The notes beneath the pieces are model-generated. The model ran no database searches and had not been told where the DNA came from. It was given only the letters and a program-made list of their open reading frames with translations. This document shows positions 33,402 to 42,654 of a DNA stretch of 56,613 nucleotides, one piece after another. Origin of the DNA: a virus (lineage: Duplodnaviria > Caudoviricetes); IMG/VR virus record IMGVR_UViG_3300023106_000013, positions 1 to 56,613 of that record; one strand, given 5' to 3'. Every line of letters begins with the position of its first letter. Within the stretch, counting starts at the first letter, position 1. Both the position numbers and the translations under genes were made by a program.

Positions 33402-34132
33402 TAAAAAATCCTCGCGTTAATTAGGATAACAGCGCCGACCACTACGGCAGCAACGATGCCCAGAGCAATCCAGTTCACGCGCCCTTTATTTTGCTCAGGC
33501 AACGGCTCAACATGGATAGGCATATCAGGGGGTGTATAGGGCTTGGTTGGAGCGTCATGATCGTCTGGCAGATCAATCGGTATAGGCTTTGGAGCGGCTT
33601 TCTCCATATCCCGCAACCTCTTCAATATCGCAGCAGCCCCAAGCTGAGTGTCAACGTGCTCAGGATCATACTTGTGATCTGCGACGAACTTGCCTTTGAC
33701 ATATTGGTCGGTTCCGGCCCAGAGGTATGGAGATGGTAGGCCCTTATTCCGATAGCCCAACCCATTATAGCGCTCTAGAATGTCGAGAGTGCCGCCGATG
33801 GACCAATCCTTGTTCTTCGCAGCATAGGGCGGGCAAACGACCAGAGCATCAATAGCAGCCTCTTCCCATGTGGAGAATGGACCGCGACCTTTGGGCACTA
33901 GAGTTGTGAGCTTGCCTGTGCCGATGATTTTCTGGCCGTTGTGCAAAACACCTTTGAAGTCGCCAGATGATTCCCGGTAGTGGATAACGCCGATAACGTC
34001 CCACGGCACGCCTGTGGCCTTGGAAACGGCCTCGTAGCGCTCTCGATGGGCTTCGATCTTGGCGGCTTGCGCGTTAATCGCGGTACTGCGGGTGAAGCGG
34101 GCAACTGCCCAGCGTTCGGCGTTCGTGGTCAT
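33401..34132 (-). CDS. Endolysin (lysozyme-like family) with C-terminal TM helix
   Basis: GVPWDVIGVIHYRES...LHNG...ERYNGLGY...SPYLWAGT...DTQLG. Confidence 0.85.
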   Translation of the reverse strand: MTTNAERWAVARFTRSTAINAQAAKIEAHRERYEAVSKATGVPWDVIGVIHYRESSGDFKGVLHNGQKIIGTGKLTTLVPKGRGPFSTWEEAAIDALVVCPPYAAKNKDWSIGGTLDILERYNGLGYRNKGLPSPYLWAGTDQYVKGKFVADHKYDPEHVDTQLGAAAILKRLRDMEKAAPKPIPIDLPDDHDAPTKPYTPPDMPIHVEPLPEQNKGRVNWIALGIVAAVVVGAVILINARIF

Positions 34133-34455
34133 GCTACCTTCCAGCAAACGTTTATGCCGTCATCCGTTGGCCCGGTAATGGGTGGATTGGCATACTGAGC
34201 GAGAACGTTAACGCGGTTCGTCTGGTAATCAGATGATGCGAGAGGAGCGGTGTTGAAGTTGGCCCCAATCTCGTCAGCCGTGAGAATATCGGCAGGTAAG
34301 GATTCGAATGCAAAGTAAGGATTACCCAACCCCACCAGCGTAAAGATATGAGGCCCCATATCCGCGCTATTGTGCACGGATGCGAGGCATGGAAGCTCAG
34401 GGTCGCCATCAAGTCCATAAACCACGTACTTCGACATTTCAGCCTCTTCGGTCAT
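34129..34455 (-). CDS. Hypothetical protein
   Basis: 108 aa, ATGA-coupled on both sides. Confidence 0.55.
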   Translation of the reverse strand: MTEEAEMSKYVVYGLDGDPELPCLASVHNSADMGPHIFTLVGLGNPYFAFESLPADILTADEIGANFNTAPLASSDYQTNRVNVLAQYANPPITGPTDDGINVCWKVA

Positions 34456-34916
34456 GAGTATACCACGCGTTCAGTTTTGAGCATGATTTCGGCGGGGTCT
34501 TGCGCTGCACCCGCCAAGTCCGTAACCCGGATTTCAACGTATGTTTCAGTTCGCGCCGTGATCCGGGCAATCCGAGGGTTAGCATCGAAGATCGCTGGAG
34601 TTGCGCTGTACTGATCGGAGGGCATTGGATTTTCGTGAGCGGCCCTGTATCGTCCTTTGGCTACTCGCGTGACGCTTACCATTCGGATAGCCTCAAGAAC
34701 TGTCGATGGAGCTACACCCGTAAACCTCACTAGACCGCCATGATTTAGATGCGGCGGGGCCGCTACGAGATCGGGAATAAGGCGCGGGTCATCATCACCG
34801 ACAATTTCCCATTCCGCCCCATCAGGCACTTGCTCTTCCGCCAAATCCTCTAGATGAAACCCAATAGCTGCGCTTATCGAAACCCATTTGCCGTTTTGCT
34901 GATAGATGACTTTCAT
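34452..34916 (-). CDS. Tail-fibre-associated protein
   Basis: VPDGAEWEIV assembly-like N-terminus; SVTRVAKGRY echoing the fibre tip motif SVTRNATGDY. Confidence 0.55.
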   Translation of the reverse strand: MKVIYQQNGKWVSISAAIGFHLEDLAEEQVPDGAEWEIVGDDDPRLIPDLVAAPPHLNHGGLVRFTGVAPSTVLEAIRMVSVTRVAKGRYRAAHENPMPSDQYSATPAIFDANPRIARITARTETYVEIRVTDLAGAAQDPAEIMLKTERVVYS

Positions 34917-34922
34917 CTTGCA

Positions 34923-36104
34923 TCACCTGAATACGGTTACAGAGACATAGGGCATATCAATAGCAGAGTTACCGGCATCTCGAACGGCCATGCGCATTGC
35001 CGTTGTTGTTGGAGCGACTGACGCGGATTGACTAGAATTTATCGCAGGAGAGAAGGTCGCAAAAGCGGCGGGCAGATTAGCGGACACTGTCGCTGTCGTC
35101 GCATAGTTTACGTCTGGCATGGCCGTGGCGAAATTTACGGTATAGTCGCCAGTTGCGTTTCTTGTAACAGACGATACGTTTCCAGAGCCATAGATAGCCC
35201 CCGTTGTGCCGTTGAAGCTTACCCATGCTCGACACACGAAGGTTGGGAGGCTGGACGTTATCTTGGCTATTGCCGTTTGTGCATCCATGCCGACTTGAAC
35301 CAACGACGGGGCAGTTGCCCACGTTCCCGCCGTCGCTTCTGTGACAGTGATTACGCCAAGAACAGAATATGCCTTTGAGGTAGTCGCGGTGCCAGTATAG
35401 AATACGCCCTGGCTATCAGCAGCGCCCGCGCCGCCTTCTGCCGTCGAAGACGCAAGCCCATTGACGATCTGAATACCAGACGCAGGATTTATCACGCCAA
35501 GCCGGAACGTTCCAGCATCGTTAAAACCCACTACGACTAGGTTAGCCGCAATCGCACTAGTAGTGCCCAGAGTTGACCCAGACGACACAACCAGCGAGGT
35601 CGCTGCCGTAAGTGTCAGAACATCAACGTCACCACTATTTGCCGTAGCGCTTCGGAATGGTACGTAAACTGGATTGCTTGCTGATGGGTCATTTCCATCA
35701 AACCCCTTGATCGCAATCGTTAGAGCGTTAGCTGCAACGGTCGCTGCAATTGCAAGATTTACAGGATTTGGTGACTTATCAAATGCGATATCACTCGTAA
35801 GAGCGAGTGTTCCGCTTGTCGCGGGGAGGGTATAAGTTCGAGTTGTAGCCGTGGGGATGTTAGCAGCACTGAACACGCCAATCTTGGTTAGGTCTGTGCT
35901 ATTTTTGATGCCAAAACTGTTGTCTAGGGGCTTTCCGTCTCCTACTCCATTGCCGCCATAGGCGACGGGCTGGATGGTGTTGAAAGTCTGTTCAGCATCA
36001 GACCAGCCCTGATTATTCACAGCGCTTGGAATAGGCGTTCCGGCAACCTGCGTAGCCTGCGCACCGGGCAAGGTATATGTGCCATTGGGACCAGAGCGTG
36101 GCAT
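34923..36104 (-). CDS. Tail fibre protein
   Basis: MPRSGPNGTYTLP anchor; RTYTLPATSGTLALTSDI; CRAWVSFNG...NVSSVTRNATGDYTVNFATAMPDVNY tip. Confidence 0.8.
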   Translation of the reverse strand: MPRSGPNGTYTLPGAQATQVAGTPIPSAVNNQGWSDAEQTFNTIQPVAYGGNGVGDGKPLDNSFGIKNSTDLTKIGVFSAANIPTATTRTYTLPATSGTLALTSDIAFDKSPNPVNLAIAATVAANALTIAIKGFDGNDPSASNPVYVPFRSATANSGDVDVLTLTAATSLVVSSGSTLGTTSAIAANLVVVGFNDAGTFRLGVINPASGIQIVNGLASSTAEGGAGAADSQGVFYTGTATTSKAYSVLGVITVTEATAGTWATAPSLVQVGMDAQTAIAKITSSLPTFVCRAWVSFNGTTGAIYGSGNVSSVTRNATGDYTVNFATAMPDVNYATTATVSANLPAAFATFSPAINSSQSASVAPTTTAMRMAVRDAGNSAIDMPYVSVTVFR

Positions 36105-36148
36105 TAGTTCACTCCTGAGATACAGTGTTTGATGATTGTTACCATAAT

Positions 36149-37702
36149 TTAGCCGCCTGTCACATCCCTGAACCAATCGGATCGCGTATCTGGGCCATTA
36201 ACTCGTTCATATGCGCGTTCTCTGGATTGCTGATTTGCGAGAGCATAAGCATCCGCAGCCGAAAGTCCCTGGCTTTGGAGCGATTGTACGGGGGTCGCGG
36301 CGGGCGAGGAGTACGAATTCGCTCCGCTTACTGTCACCCTCAATGGAGATTGAGAGACTGGCTGCGAGCGCATAAGCGGCAACCCGCCCCCCATTTGCTG
36401 CGAGCCCATGATGGGCATGCGCTGTGCCGCAAGACCTTGGCTCATGAGCGCAGGAACGGGAGCGCTTCGCATCTGCGGCGGGGGGGCCGGAACTACCTGA
36501 ATTGGCGGCTGATTTCGCGTCACGTTTGTTGGCTGCACAATTGGCTTCGGCACAAGCCTTGCTGGAACATTTTCGGGTGGATTGAACGCCTGTCCCATCT
36601 GGGTTGCCACGCGCTGCCCTAAAGCGGCATTGGCGACAGAATCGCGCGATAGCATGTTCTGAGCGGGAGCTACGGTTGACGGGCTTGCGGCTGGGGCGGC
36701 TGGCCTAACATTCGCAGCAGCACGTTCAATCTGTGACTGCCCCGGAATAGTTCGGGGGATATCGGGAAGCCGTTGCCTTGCTGGGCTTGGCGTGAGCGAG
36801 CCAATACCACCCACAATCGCTGTCGGTGTCATGTCCGGGATATGGTAGGAATAGATATCGTCGCCAGCAGCAGTTAAGCGAGGGGTGACAGGGTTCTGAG
36901 TTGCCGCAAGCATATCGACGCCACGCATTACATTCACGTTACCGCGCTGTGCGTTGACTGCGGCCATAGATGGCGTGACGATATCCGGTGCTGAAGGCCG
37001 GGAACGTGGCAACGGGACATTGCTCGATGGTGTGACCTGAGCATTACGAGCCGACGAACTCATGATGGGATTGCGCATCTGAGCAAGGTCAGGCGATTGA
37101 GTGGCAGGCGAGACATTCCGCACGGATTGACCGGCCAGACGCGCCATAGCCGACTTCAGCGCATCCGATCCGCTTGATGGGATAAGAGAGCGCTGCGACG
37201 ATAGGGCTTTGGATTGCGTAGCAGGGCTTGGAGTTGATGGACGAATTGTATCGGTCCAACTCGCAACCTGATTAGGGATTTCGCCGGGCGGGGTTGGGCG
37301 TCCATTGTAAAAGATATGGTTTCCAAGCTGCGTTGTGCCGTAGCGATTAACCGAGTTTGCCCAATTGGGGCTAACCTGGGGGGTATGATAGAAGAGCGCA
37401 CCATTGGTCCGGTCTGGAACCTGCCCGCTGAATACGGAATCCACAACCTGCGCGGCCTGCTGATACGCATTGGAATTGGGGCTGAACTGCTGTGGGTTGT
37501 TCCCGCCCTCGCCAGAATTCCAGGTTGAGAACTGATAGGGCTGCAATGCCACTTCGGACGGATCGCTGGGGTATCGACCAGAGTTAGCCCGGTTTTGAAT
37601 AACCTGCGCAACCGCTGCCATGCCGTCAAGGCCCTCGCCCCGCGCTTCTCCTAACACCGTCCTGATAAGCGTATCGCGTTGGGCGTCCGTTAGTTCAGCC
37701 AT
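36149..37702 (-). CDS. Virion/ejection protein with N-terminal SleB-like (Hydrolase_2) cell-wall hydrolase
   Basis: RTVLGEARGEG...VAQVIQNR...YQFSTWN...TNGALFYH...GNHIFY; long Pro/Ser/Gln-rich tail. Confidence 0.85.
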   Translation of the reverse strand: MAELTDAQRDTLIRTVLGEARGEGLDGMAAVAQVIQNRANSGRYPSDPSEVALQPYQFSTWNSGEGGNNPQQFSPNSNAYQQAAQVVDSVFSGQVPDRTNGALFYHTPQVSPNWANSVNRYGTTQLGNHIFYNGRPTPPGEIPNQVASWTDTIRPSTPSPATQSKALSSQRSLIPSSGSDALKSAMARLAGQSVRNVSPATQSPDLAQMRNPIMSSSARNAQVTPSSNVPLPRSRPSAPDIVTPSMAAVNAQRGNVNVMRGVDMLAATQNPVTPRLTAAGDDIYSYHIPDMTPTAIVGGIGSLTPSPARQRLPDIPRTIPGQSQIERAAANVRPAAPAASPSTVAPAQNMLSRDSVANAALGQRVATQMGQAFNPPENVPARLVPKPIVQPTNVTRNQPPIQVVPAPPPQMRSAPVPALMSQGLAAQRMPIMGSQQMGGGLPLMRSQPVSQSPLRVTVSGANSYSSPAATPVQSLQSQGLSAADAYALANQQSRERAYERVNGPDTRSDWFRDVTGG

Positions 37703-37748
37703 TGACGTTTGCCCTTCTGGAGATGATATTGCGGGAAAGGAGATTGAG

Positions 37749-37892
37749 ATGGACGAGTTTAAGCCTGACTTCTGGTACTATGCCACCACATGGGGGTTTC
37801 TTACCCTTTTGGCTGGTGCGCAAGGATGGCTCACAGGGGAATCCGTCATTCAGGTCTATGAATGGGTTCATTACCTGTCGAACTCCCCTTGA
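37749..37892 (+). CDS. Small counter-oriented membrane protein (47 aa)
   Basis: TTGACG-N17-GATATT promoter, RBS aaggag, hydrophobic core. Confidence 0.6.
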   Translation: MDEFKPDFWYYATTWGFLTLLAGAQGWLTGESVIQVYEWVHYLSNSP

Positions 37893-39592
37893 GCAACTAA
37901 GGCGCGGGCAATAAGGGCTGCTTGGTTCGCCCCGCCAACCGGATTTCCGGTATAGAGTTGGTTTGTGAGGTAGCCTCTCCCGACCGGGCTTAGAAGTGCT
38001 TTCCCGACTTGGCTTGGAATAGCTGCGCCCGCGAAGCCACCGGCCAAGCCCGCCATAAGATCGCCGCCACCGGCCTGTTGCCCCAAGAGAGCGCCCGCAA
38101 TAGTTGGCATACCTGTAAAGAAGGTTCTAGCGGCTGTGCGTTGTGCTGTGCCGGAATTTGGTAGCGGGCTCATTGCCGACACGCCGTTTCGGGCCAACTC
38201 TGAGAAATCACCACGTCCCAGCGCATAGGAGCGCCGCCCCTCAACCTGCTTAAGGGCTGACGTTAGCTGCGCGGGAGTAATGATGCCCTGCGCTGCCTTC
38301 TCGCCAGCACCGCTTGCGGCCCGCTCCAGCGTCAAGAAGTCTCGATACTTCGACCGAACATCTTGCCACAAGCCCACATCATCCGGCGAGGATGCTGCCA
38401 AGTGGCGCTCCACCGCATCGTCAAGCGCCCGCTGAATATCCTGCAATGCAAAGGAAAGCTCAGAGCTTGAACTGTTGCGGGCCTTATCCCCAATCATAGA
38501 CCGGATGGTCTTGTACTGCTCACCAGTTAGGGATGGCGGCACCCCAGCGGGTGTCGAGAGTGACTTGGTGATAATGTCATCGATAGCATTGCCGACAGCC
38601 GGAGCCTGACTGCTCGCCCCAACAAGATCGGAATAGTTATCAAGGGCCGACTGCAATTCGTTTTGTAGGACATTATCAACCGGGAATTGGCCCGTATAAA
38701 GCGCCAGACGGTCAAACTCGTTACCAATGTCCGCATATGCCTTGTTCAGGACATCAGGTGTAGCGCGTGGCGCATCTACACCAATGCGCTTAAGGGCGGC
38801 GTTCGTGAATTGCTGCCCTTGGTTGTCCATGAAGTTTTCAGCCGACAGCCCGCCAAGTTCAGACTCTCGGTACTGGAGGGCCTTATTGCCTGTCGCTTGC
38901 CCTGCGCTAAGGTCCACCCCTTCAGATTGAAGGTAGTCCCTTGTTGCAACCTGCTCTGGAGACATTGGGTTAGGCGTGACCGTACGGGCCAGCCCATTCG
39001 CTACAAGACTGCCAGCGCCATAGCCAGCAATTTGACCAGCCAAGTCAGCAATAGGATTGCCAGGGAAAAGCTCGTTAGCAACAGCAGCGCCACCGCCACT
39101 AGAGAGTGAAAGTCCAAGTTCCGTTGCTCCCCTTGCAAGCGCATTTGCAATTGTCGGCGCGGCACTCATAATGCCCGCCATCGGAACAGCATTAGCGCCG
39201 ATTTCCTGCCCCACACGTCGCGCCCCGCTCTCCCATCCATTATCACTTGGAGGGGTCATCGCGCCGCTCTGTTCGGCTAGGGACAACATCCTGTCCCCGG
39301 GTCGGGGAAGCCAGCTATCCTGTAGGGTTGGGTAAGCAAAATCGCCGCCCAGAGCGTTGCCAATAGCTGGCCCAATAGAACGAGCGCCAATCTCAAGAGG
39401 GGCTAGAATGCTTGCGGGCGCGTTCAGGAAACTAGCACCGCCTTCTGTCATGCCAGACGCGACTTGAGGAAAGGCACCTTCACGTGGGCCGGGCTGCGAT
39501 CCTTCCGCAATAGGGGCGCTATCCCACCAGTTTGCTGCGGGAGCCTGATTGCCTTGACCTACAACGGGAGCAGAATCCCACCAATTTGCCAT
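37871..39592 (-). CDS. DNA ejection (internal virion) protein
   Basis: 573 aa Ala/Gly-rich; ANWWDSAP twice; LSAGQATG and PNSGTAQR motifs. Confidence 0.7.
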   Translation of the reverse strand: MANWWDSAPVVGQGNQAPAANWWDSAPIAEGSQPGPREGAFPQVASGMTEGGASFLNAPASILAPLEIGARSIGPAIGNALGGDFAYPTLQDSWLPRPGDRMLSLAEQSGAMTPPSDNGWESGARRVGQEIGANAVPMAGIMSAAPTIANALARGATELGLSLSSGGGAAVANELFPGNPIADLAGQIAGYGAGSLVANGLARTVTPNPMSPEQVATRDYLQSEGVDLSAGQATGNKALQYRESELGGLSAENFMDNQGQQFTNAALKRIGVDAPRATPDVLNKAYADIGNEFDRLALYTGQFPVDNVLQNELQSALDNYSDLVGASSQAPAVGNAIDDIITKSLSTPAGVPPSLTGEQYKTIRSMIGDKARNSSSSELSFALQDIQRALDDAVERHLAASSPDDVGLWQDVRSKYRDFLTLERAASGAGEKAAQGIITPAQLTSALKQVEGRRSYALGRGDFSELARNGVSAMSPLPNSGTAQRTAARTFFTGMPTIAGALLGQQAGGGDLMAGLAGGFAGAAIPSQVGKALLSPVGRGYLTNQLYTGNPVGGANQAALIARALVAQGEFDR

Positions 39593-40756
39593 TTATGGCT
39601 TCACCCTAGTTGTTCCATCTGGAGCGATGAATTGAGTGCCACTAGGAGCCGCATCATAGTCCGATTGGGTTCCGATCTTGACCGGGCCTTGGCGCGTCTC
39701 ATAGAAAATCTTGTCGCCCGCCTCATACCCGTGAACGATGCGCAAAAGCGTCCGCTCATAGTCATCAACTTGATCGCGGAAAGTGGGCGACTGCGGATTG
39801 AGAGCGCCCGCCTTGTCCTGCAAGAGCGCAAGATCTCTGTCCGAAGCCGCGCCTAGCGCTGCGCCCGTTGGACTTGCGTTGCGCATAGCAGTGACATTCT
39901 CGACGGCGGCAATGGCTTTGAGCGAGTTTACGGATTGATTAACCTGCCCTGCGGGAGTGAAGCCCATGCCGCCAGTCAGGGCATTACCCATTCCTGTTGC
40001 TGCAAAGCCTTCGGAAGCCTTGCGAACATTATTAGCCTCGTTAACGATTGTGTCTGTAACCGTGTCGCGCTGTGCTGTTTTTACCCCCGAAGCTTGAGAT
40101 GCCGCCAAAGCCTCTTGTTCGGCTGCGCTACCTGGGATGCGTTCGAAGCGATAACCAGCGGGACTTGTTGGGTCTTCGATGGCTGCGAAGCCGGGAGGGA
40201 TAGTTCCGATATTAGCGGCGTCACCGCCTACGTTAATAGTCTGACCACCGCCGTTCTCTGCCTGCCAAGCAGCGAACCCCGGATCATTCTGAGCATACAG
40301 ATACTCTTGCACCGAAGTTGGATAATCCGGCTGTTGCGGCTGTCCCATCATCGCAATCTCTTGCTCCAGCTTTTGACGCTGTAGCTGATACATCGGATCG
40401 GACCGTTCCAAACCGGAATTTAGAAGTGCGCTCGCAATAGAGGTCTGAGCATCCGAACCCCAAGCGGCATCCGGGCTTGTCAGTGCTGCAATGATTGAGT
40501 TCGGGTCTTGGTTGACGGCAAGGTCAGCGAACAAAGCGCCAGCTCGCTCACGGCCAGCGTTTTCAGCTTCATCCACCCTTCCGCCCAAGACCGTGCCGGA
40601 AAGCGCTGCGGCAATGTCCGCAAGGCCCTCCGACCAATTTTGACCCGGAGTGGCTGATTGAGCAATTAGAGCATCAGCGACGGCCCGTTTCCGCGCCGCC
40701 TGTTCAGGAGAGGTGATGGCTTGGTTGCCAACCCATTGAAAAGGGGTGTTAGCCAT
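39593..40756 (-). CDS. DNA ejection (internal virion) protein
   Basis: 387 aa; PTSVQEY, GTIPPGF, ASPTGAALG, YDAAPSGTQFIAPDG motifs. Confidence 0.7.
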   Translation of the reverse strand: MANTPFQWVGNQAITSPEQAARKRAVADALIAQSATPGQNWSEGLADIAAALSGTVLGGRVDEAENAGRERAGALFADLAVNQDPNSIIAALTSPDAAWGSDAQTSIASALLNSGLERSDPMYQLQRQKLEQEIAMMGQPQQPDYPTSVQEYLYAQNDPGFAAWQAENGGGQTINVGGDAANIGTIPPGFAAIEDPTSPAGYRFERIPGSAAEQEALAASQASGVKTAQRDTVTDTIVNEANNVRKASEGFAATGMGNALTGGMGFTPAGQVNQSVNSLKAIAAVENVTAMRNASPTGAALGAASDRDLALLQDKAGALNPQSPTFRDQVDDYERTLLRIVHGYEAGDKIFYETRQGPVKIGTQSDYDAAPSGTQFIAPDGTTRVKP

Positions 40757-41271
40757 TACTCAAACCTCGCATATTCGCCTTGGTACAGTGCGGCTGCGGC
40801 ATCATAGGCGGATTTCGCCTGCTTTATAGTTTTGTGGTACCTCAGAGAAATTATCTTCCCATCAACCTGAATGGCAGCGCGCCACAAACCGCTTTGCTTA
40901 TGGAAATAAACGCCTTTAACGCCTGAAGTGCTATCTTTTCGGACTGTGCGGTTAAACTGATTTTGCTGGTCCGTGGCGCTACGCAGGTTACTCCACCGAT
41001 TATCGTCTCTCACGCCATTTATATGATCTACGGATTTCGATGGCCACTCTCCCGTCATCAGGAGCCACGCAAGCCTATGCAGATAATAGGCCTTCCCCTT
41101 AAGGGTCGTACTGATATAGCCGTTCAACATGCGCGCTCCAACCTGTTCGCCAGCCTTGAACTTGACGAATTTGTTTGGCCCGCAAAGAACATCCTTTTTA
41201 CGGTACATCAGGCCCGTCTCCGGGTCGTAGCGAAAGTTTTCCGATATTGTCGCGTAGTCCATCGTTTTCAC
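40756..41271 (-). CDS. HNH-AP2 homing endonuclease
   Basis: FRYDPETG...HRLAWLLMTGEWP..VDHINGVRDDNRWSNLR...TSGVKGV...WRAAI. Confidence 0.9.
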   Translation of the reverse strand: MKTMDYATISENFRYDPETGLMYRKKDVLCGPNKFVKFKAGEQVGARMLNGYISTTLKGKAYYLHRLAWLLMTGEWPSKSVDHINGVRDDNRWSNLRSATDQQNQFNRTVRKDSTSGVKGVYFHKQSGLWRAAIQVDGKIISLRYHKTIKQAKSAYDAAAALYQGEYARFE

Positions 41272-42229
41272 CCAATGCCATGTGGTAATCTACCATATCA
41301 TAGCCTGAGTTATAGTCATGGACAACAGCCGATGGGAAAGCTTTTTTAACCTCATCTGCCATGAGCCCTTCTCGGACAACATTTTTATCGTCCCATAGGT
41401 AACGAAACTCATACCACCCAAGCCCTGCGTCCGTCTGACCAATGCGCTCGATATCTGTTTTAGCCCTTCGGTCCGACAGGAGCGGGATAAGCGATGCTCC
41501 AGCCGAGAACAAGCCGCCGAGTTGCTGCTGGCCTGAATTGTACTGCTGCATCTGCTGCTGATAGCCCGCATTGGTAATGCCTGCCACATCAGTACCGGCC
41601 ATTTGCGCGCTAGGTGTAGCGCCAAACTGAGGAGTCTGGACTTGGCTTCCACCAGCCAAGGCGCTGATTTCATTTATACCTTGATTTCGAACGCCAAGTT
41701 GACTCTGGAGGGCGCTATTAAAATTGGACAAATTAGCATTGTTGAACGCACTAGAGCGGGACTGCCTGAACTCATCAGCTGCGTTGTTATACGCCGTCGA
41801 GCCGGGACGGAGGCCGCGATTAACCAATGATTGTTCGTTCTGCTCAGCCATCCGATCCCATTGCGGGTTTAGGTTTTGAGCAGTCAGATCATTCAAATAT
41901 CCCTGTTGCGCAGACCAGTCGAGCGGCTTGTTGAGAAGCCCACTCAGTCGCCCGGATTGTTCCTGAGCGAGACTAGCGAGGTTCTGTTGTGTCTGCTGCC
42001 CGGTATTGAGAAGCTGCTGGCTAGGACCGGAAAGGGTCTGTGTGGACGAGAACTTTGGCGTTCCGTCAGCCCACGTTCCTTCCTGCGCATATGTGAGCTT
42101 GTTACCCAGAGCATCGGTCTGGTTGACCATACCAAGTCCAGCGTTCGTAATCGCCGTCTCTCGGTTGGAGCTAGTCTGTTGCTGGATTGTGTTGACCGGA
42201 TTGGGTGCTTGGGGTGCGCCTTTGCCCAT
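41198..42229 (-). CDS. Ejection-type virion protein with C-terminal peptidase S74-like chaperone domain
   Basis: MGKGAPQAP Gln-rich body; SDRRAKTDIERIG...GLMADEV...MVDY. Confidence 0.7.
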   Translation of the reverse strand: MGKGAPQAPNPVNTIQQQTSSNRETAITNAGLGMVNQTDALGNKLTYAQEGTWADGTPKFSSTQTLSGPSQQLLNTGQQTQQNLASLAQEQSGRLSGLLNKPLDWSAQQGYLNDLTAQNLNPQWDRMAEQNEQSLVNRGLRPGSTAYNNAADEFRQSRSSAFNNANLSNFNSALQSQLGVRNQGINEISALAGGSQVQTPQFGATPSAQMAGTDVAGITNAGYQQQMQQYNSGQQQLGGLFSAGASLIPLLSDRRAKTDIERIGQTDAGLGWYEFRYLWDDKNVVREGLMADEVKKAFPSAVVHDYNSGYDMVDYHMALGENDGLRDNIGKLSLRPGDGPDVP

Positions 42230-42654
42230 CAGTGGCTCCTATACCGGCTATTAAGCCAATCATCGTCAGTAAGGCAGAAAATCCATTCTGCTTCCGTTTT
42301 ACCACGCAACCGTGGAATTAGATAGCCTGAGAACCCTAGTCGCTCAGCAATGTTCACCATACCAGTGTTAATCTCAGAGACGCGCAAGACAACCATCTGG
42401 CATCCCAAGATATCGAAGGCATAGGAAAACACCGCATTTATCATCTTCCGGCTCATCCACTTCGGAGAGTCAGACACAGAGGTAAGCTCTACAATCCCGG
42501 TTTCTGGATACCAGTTATGAAAGACGGTAGCGCCAAGGATAAACCGATTACGTACATTCGCTATCGAGTAGGATTCAGGCCATTGGCGAAGGCCTAGCTT
42601 TCCAGCTACCCAGCTATCTATCCGAGGATCGCCATGCACAATGTCAGACTGCAT
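42229..42654 (-). CDS. GNAT-like acetyltransferase of podovirus tail region
   Basis: FSYAFDILGCQMVVLRVSEIN...AERLGF. Confidence 0.7.
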   Translation of the reverse strand: MQSDIVHGDPRIDSWVAGKLGLRQWPESYSIANVRNRFILGATVFHNWYPETGIVELTSVSDSPKWMSRKMINAVFSYAFDILGCQMVVLRVSEINTGMVNIAERLGFSGYLIPRLRGKTEAEWIFCLTDDDWLNSRYRSH

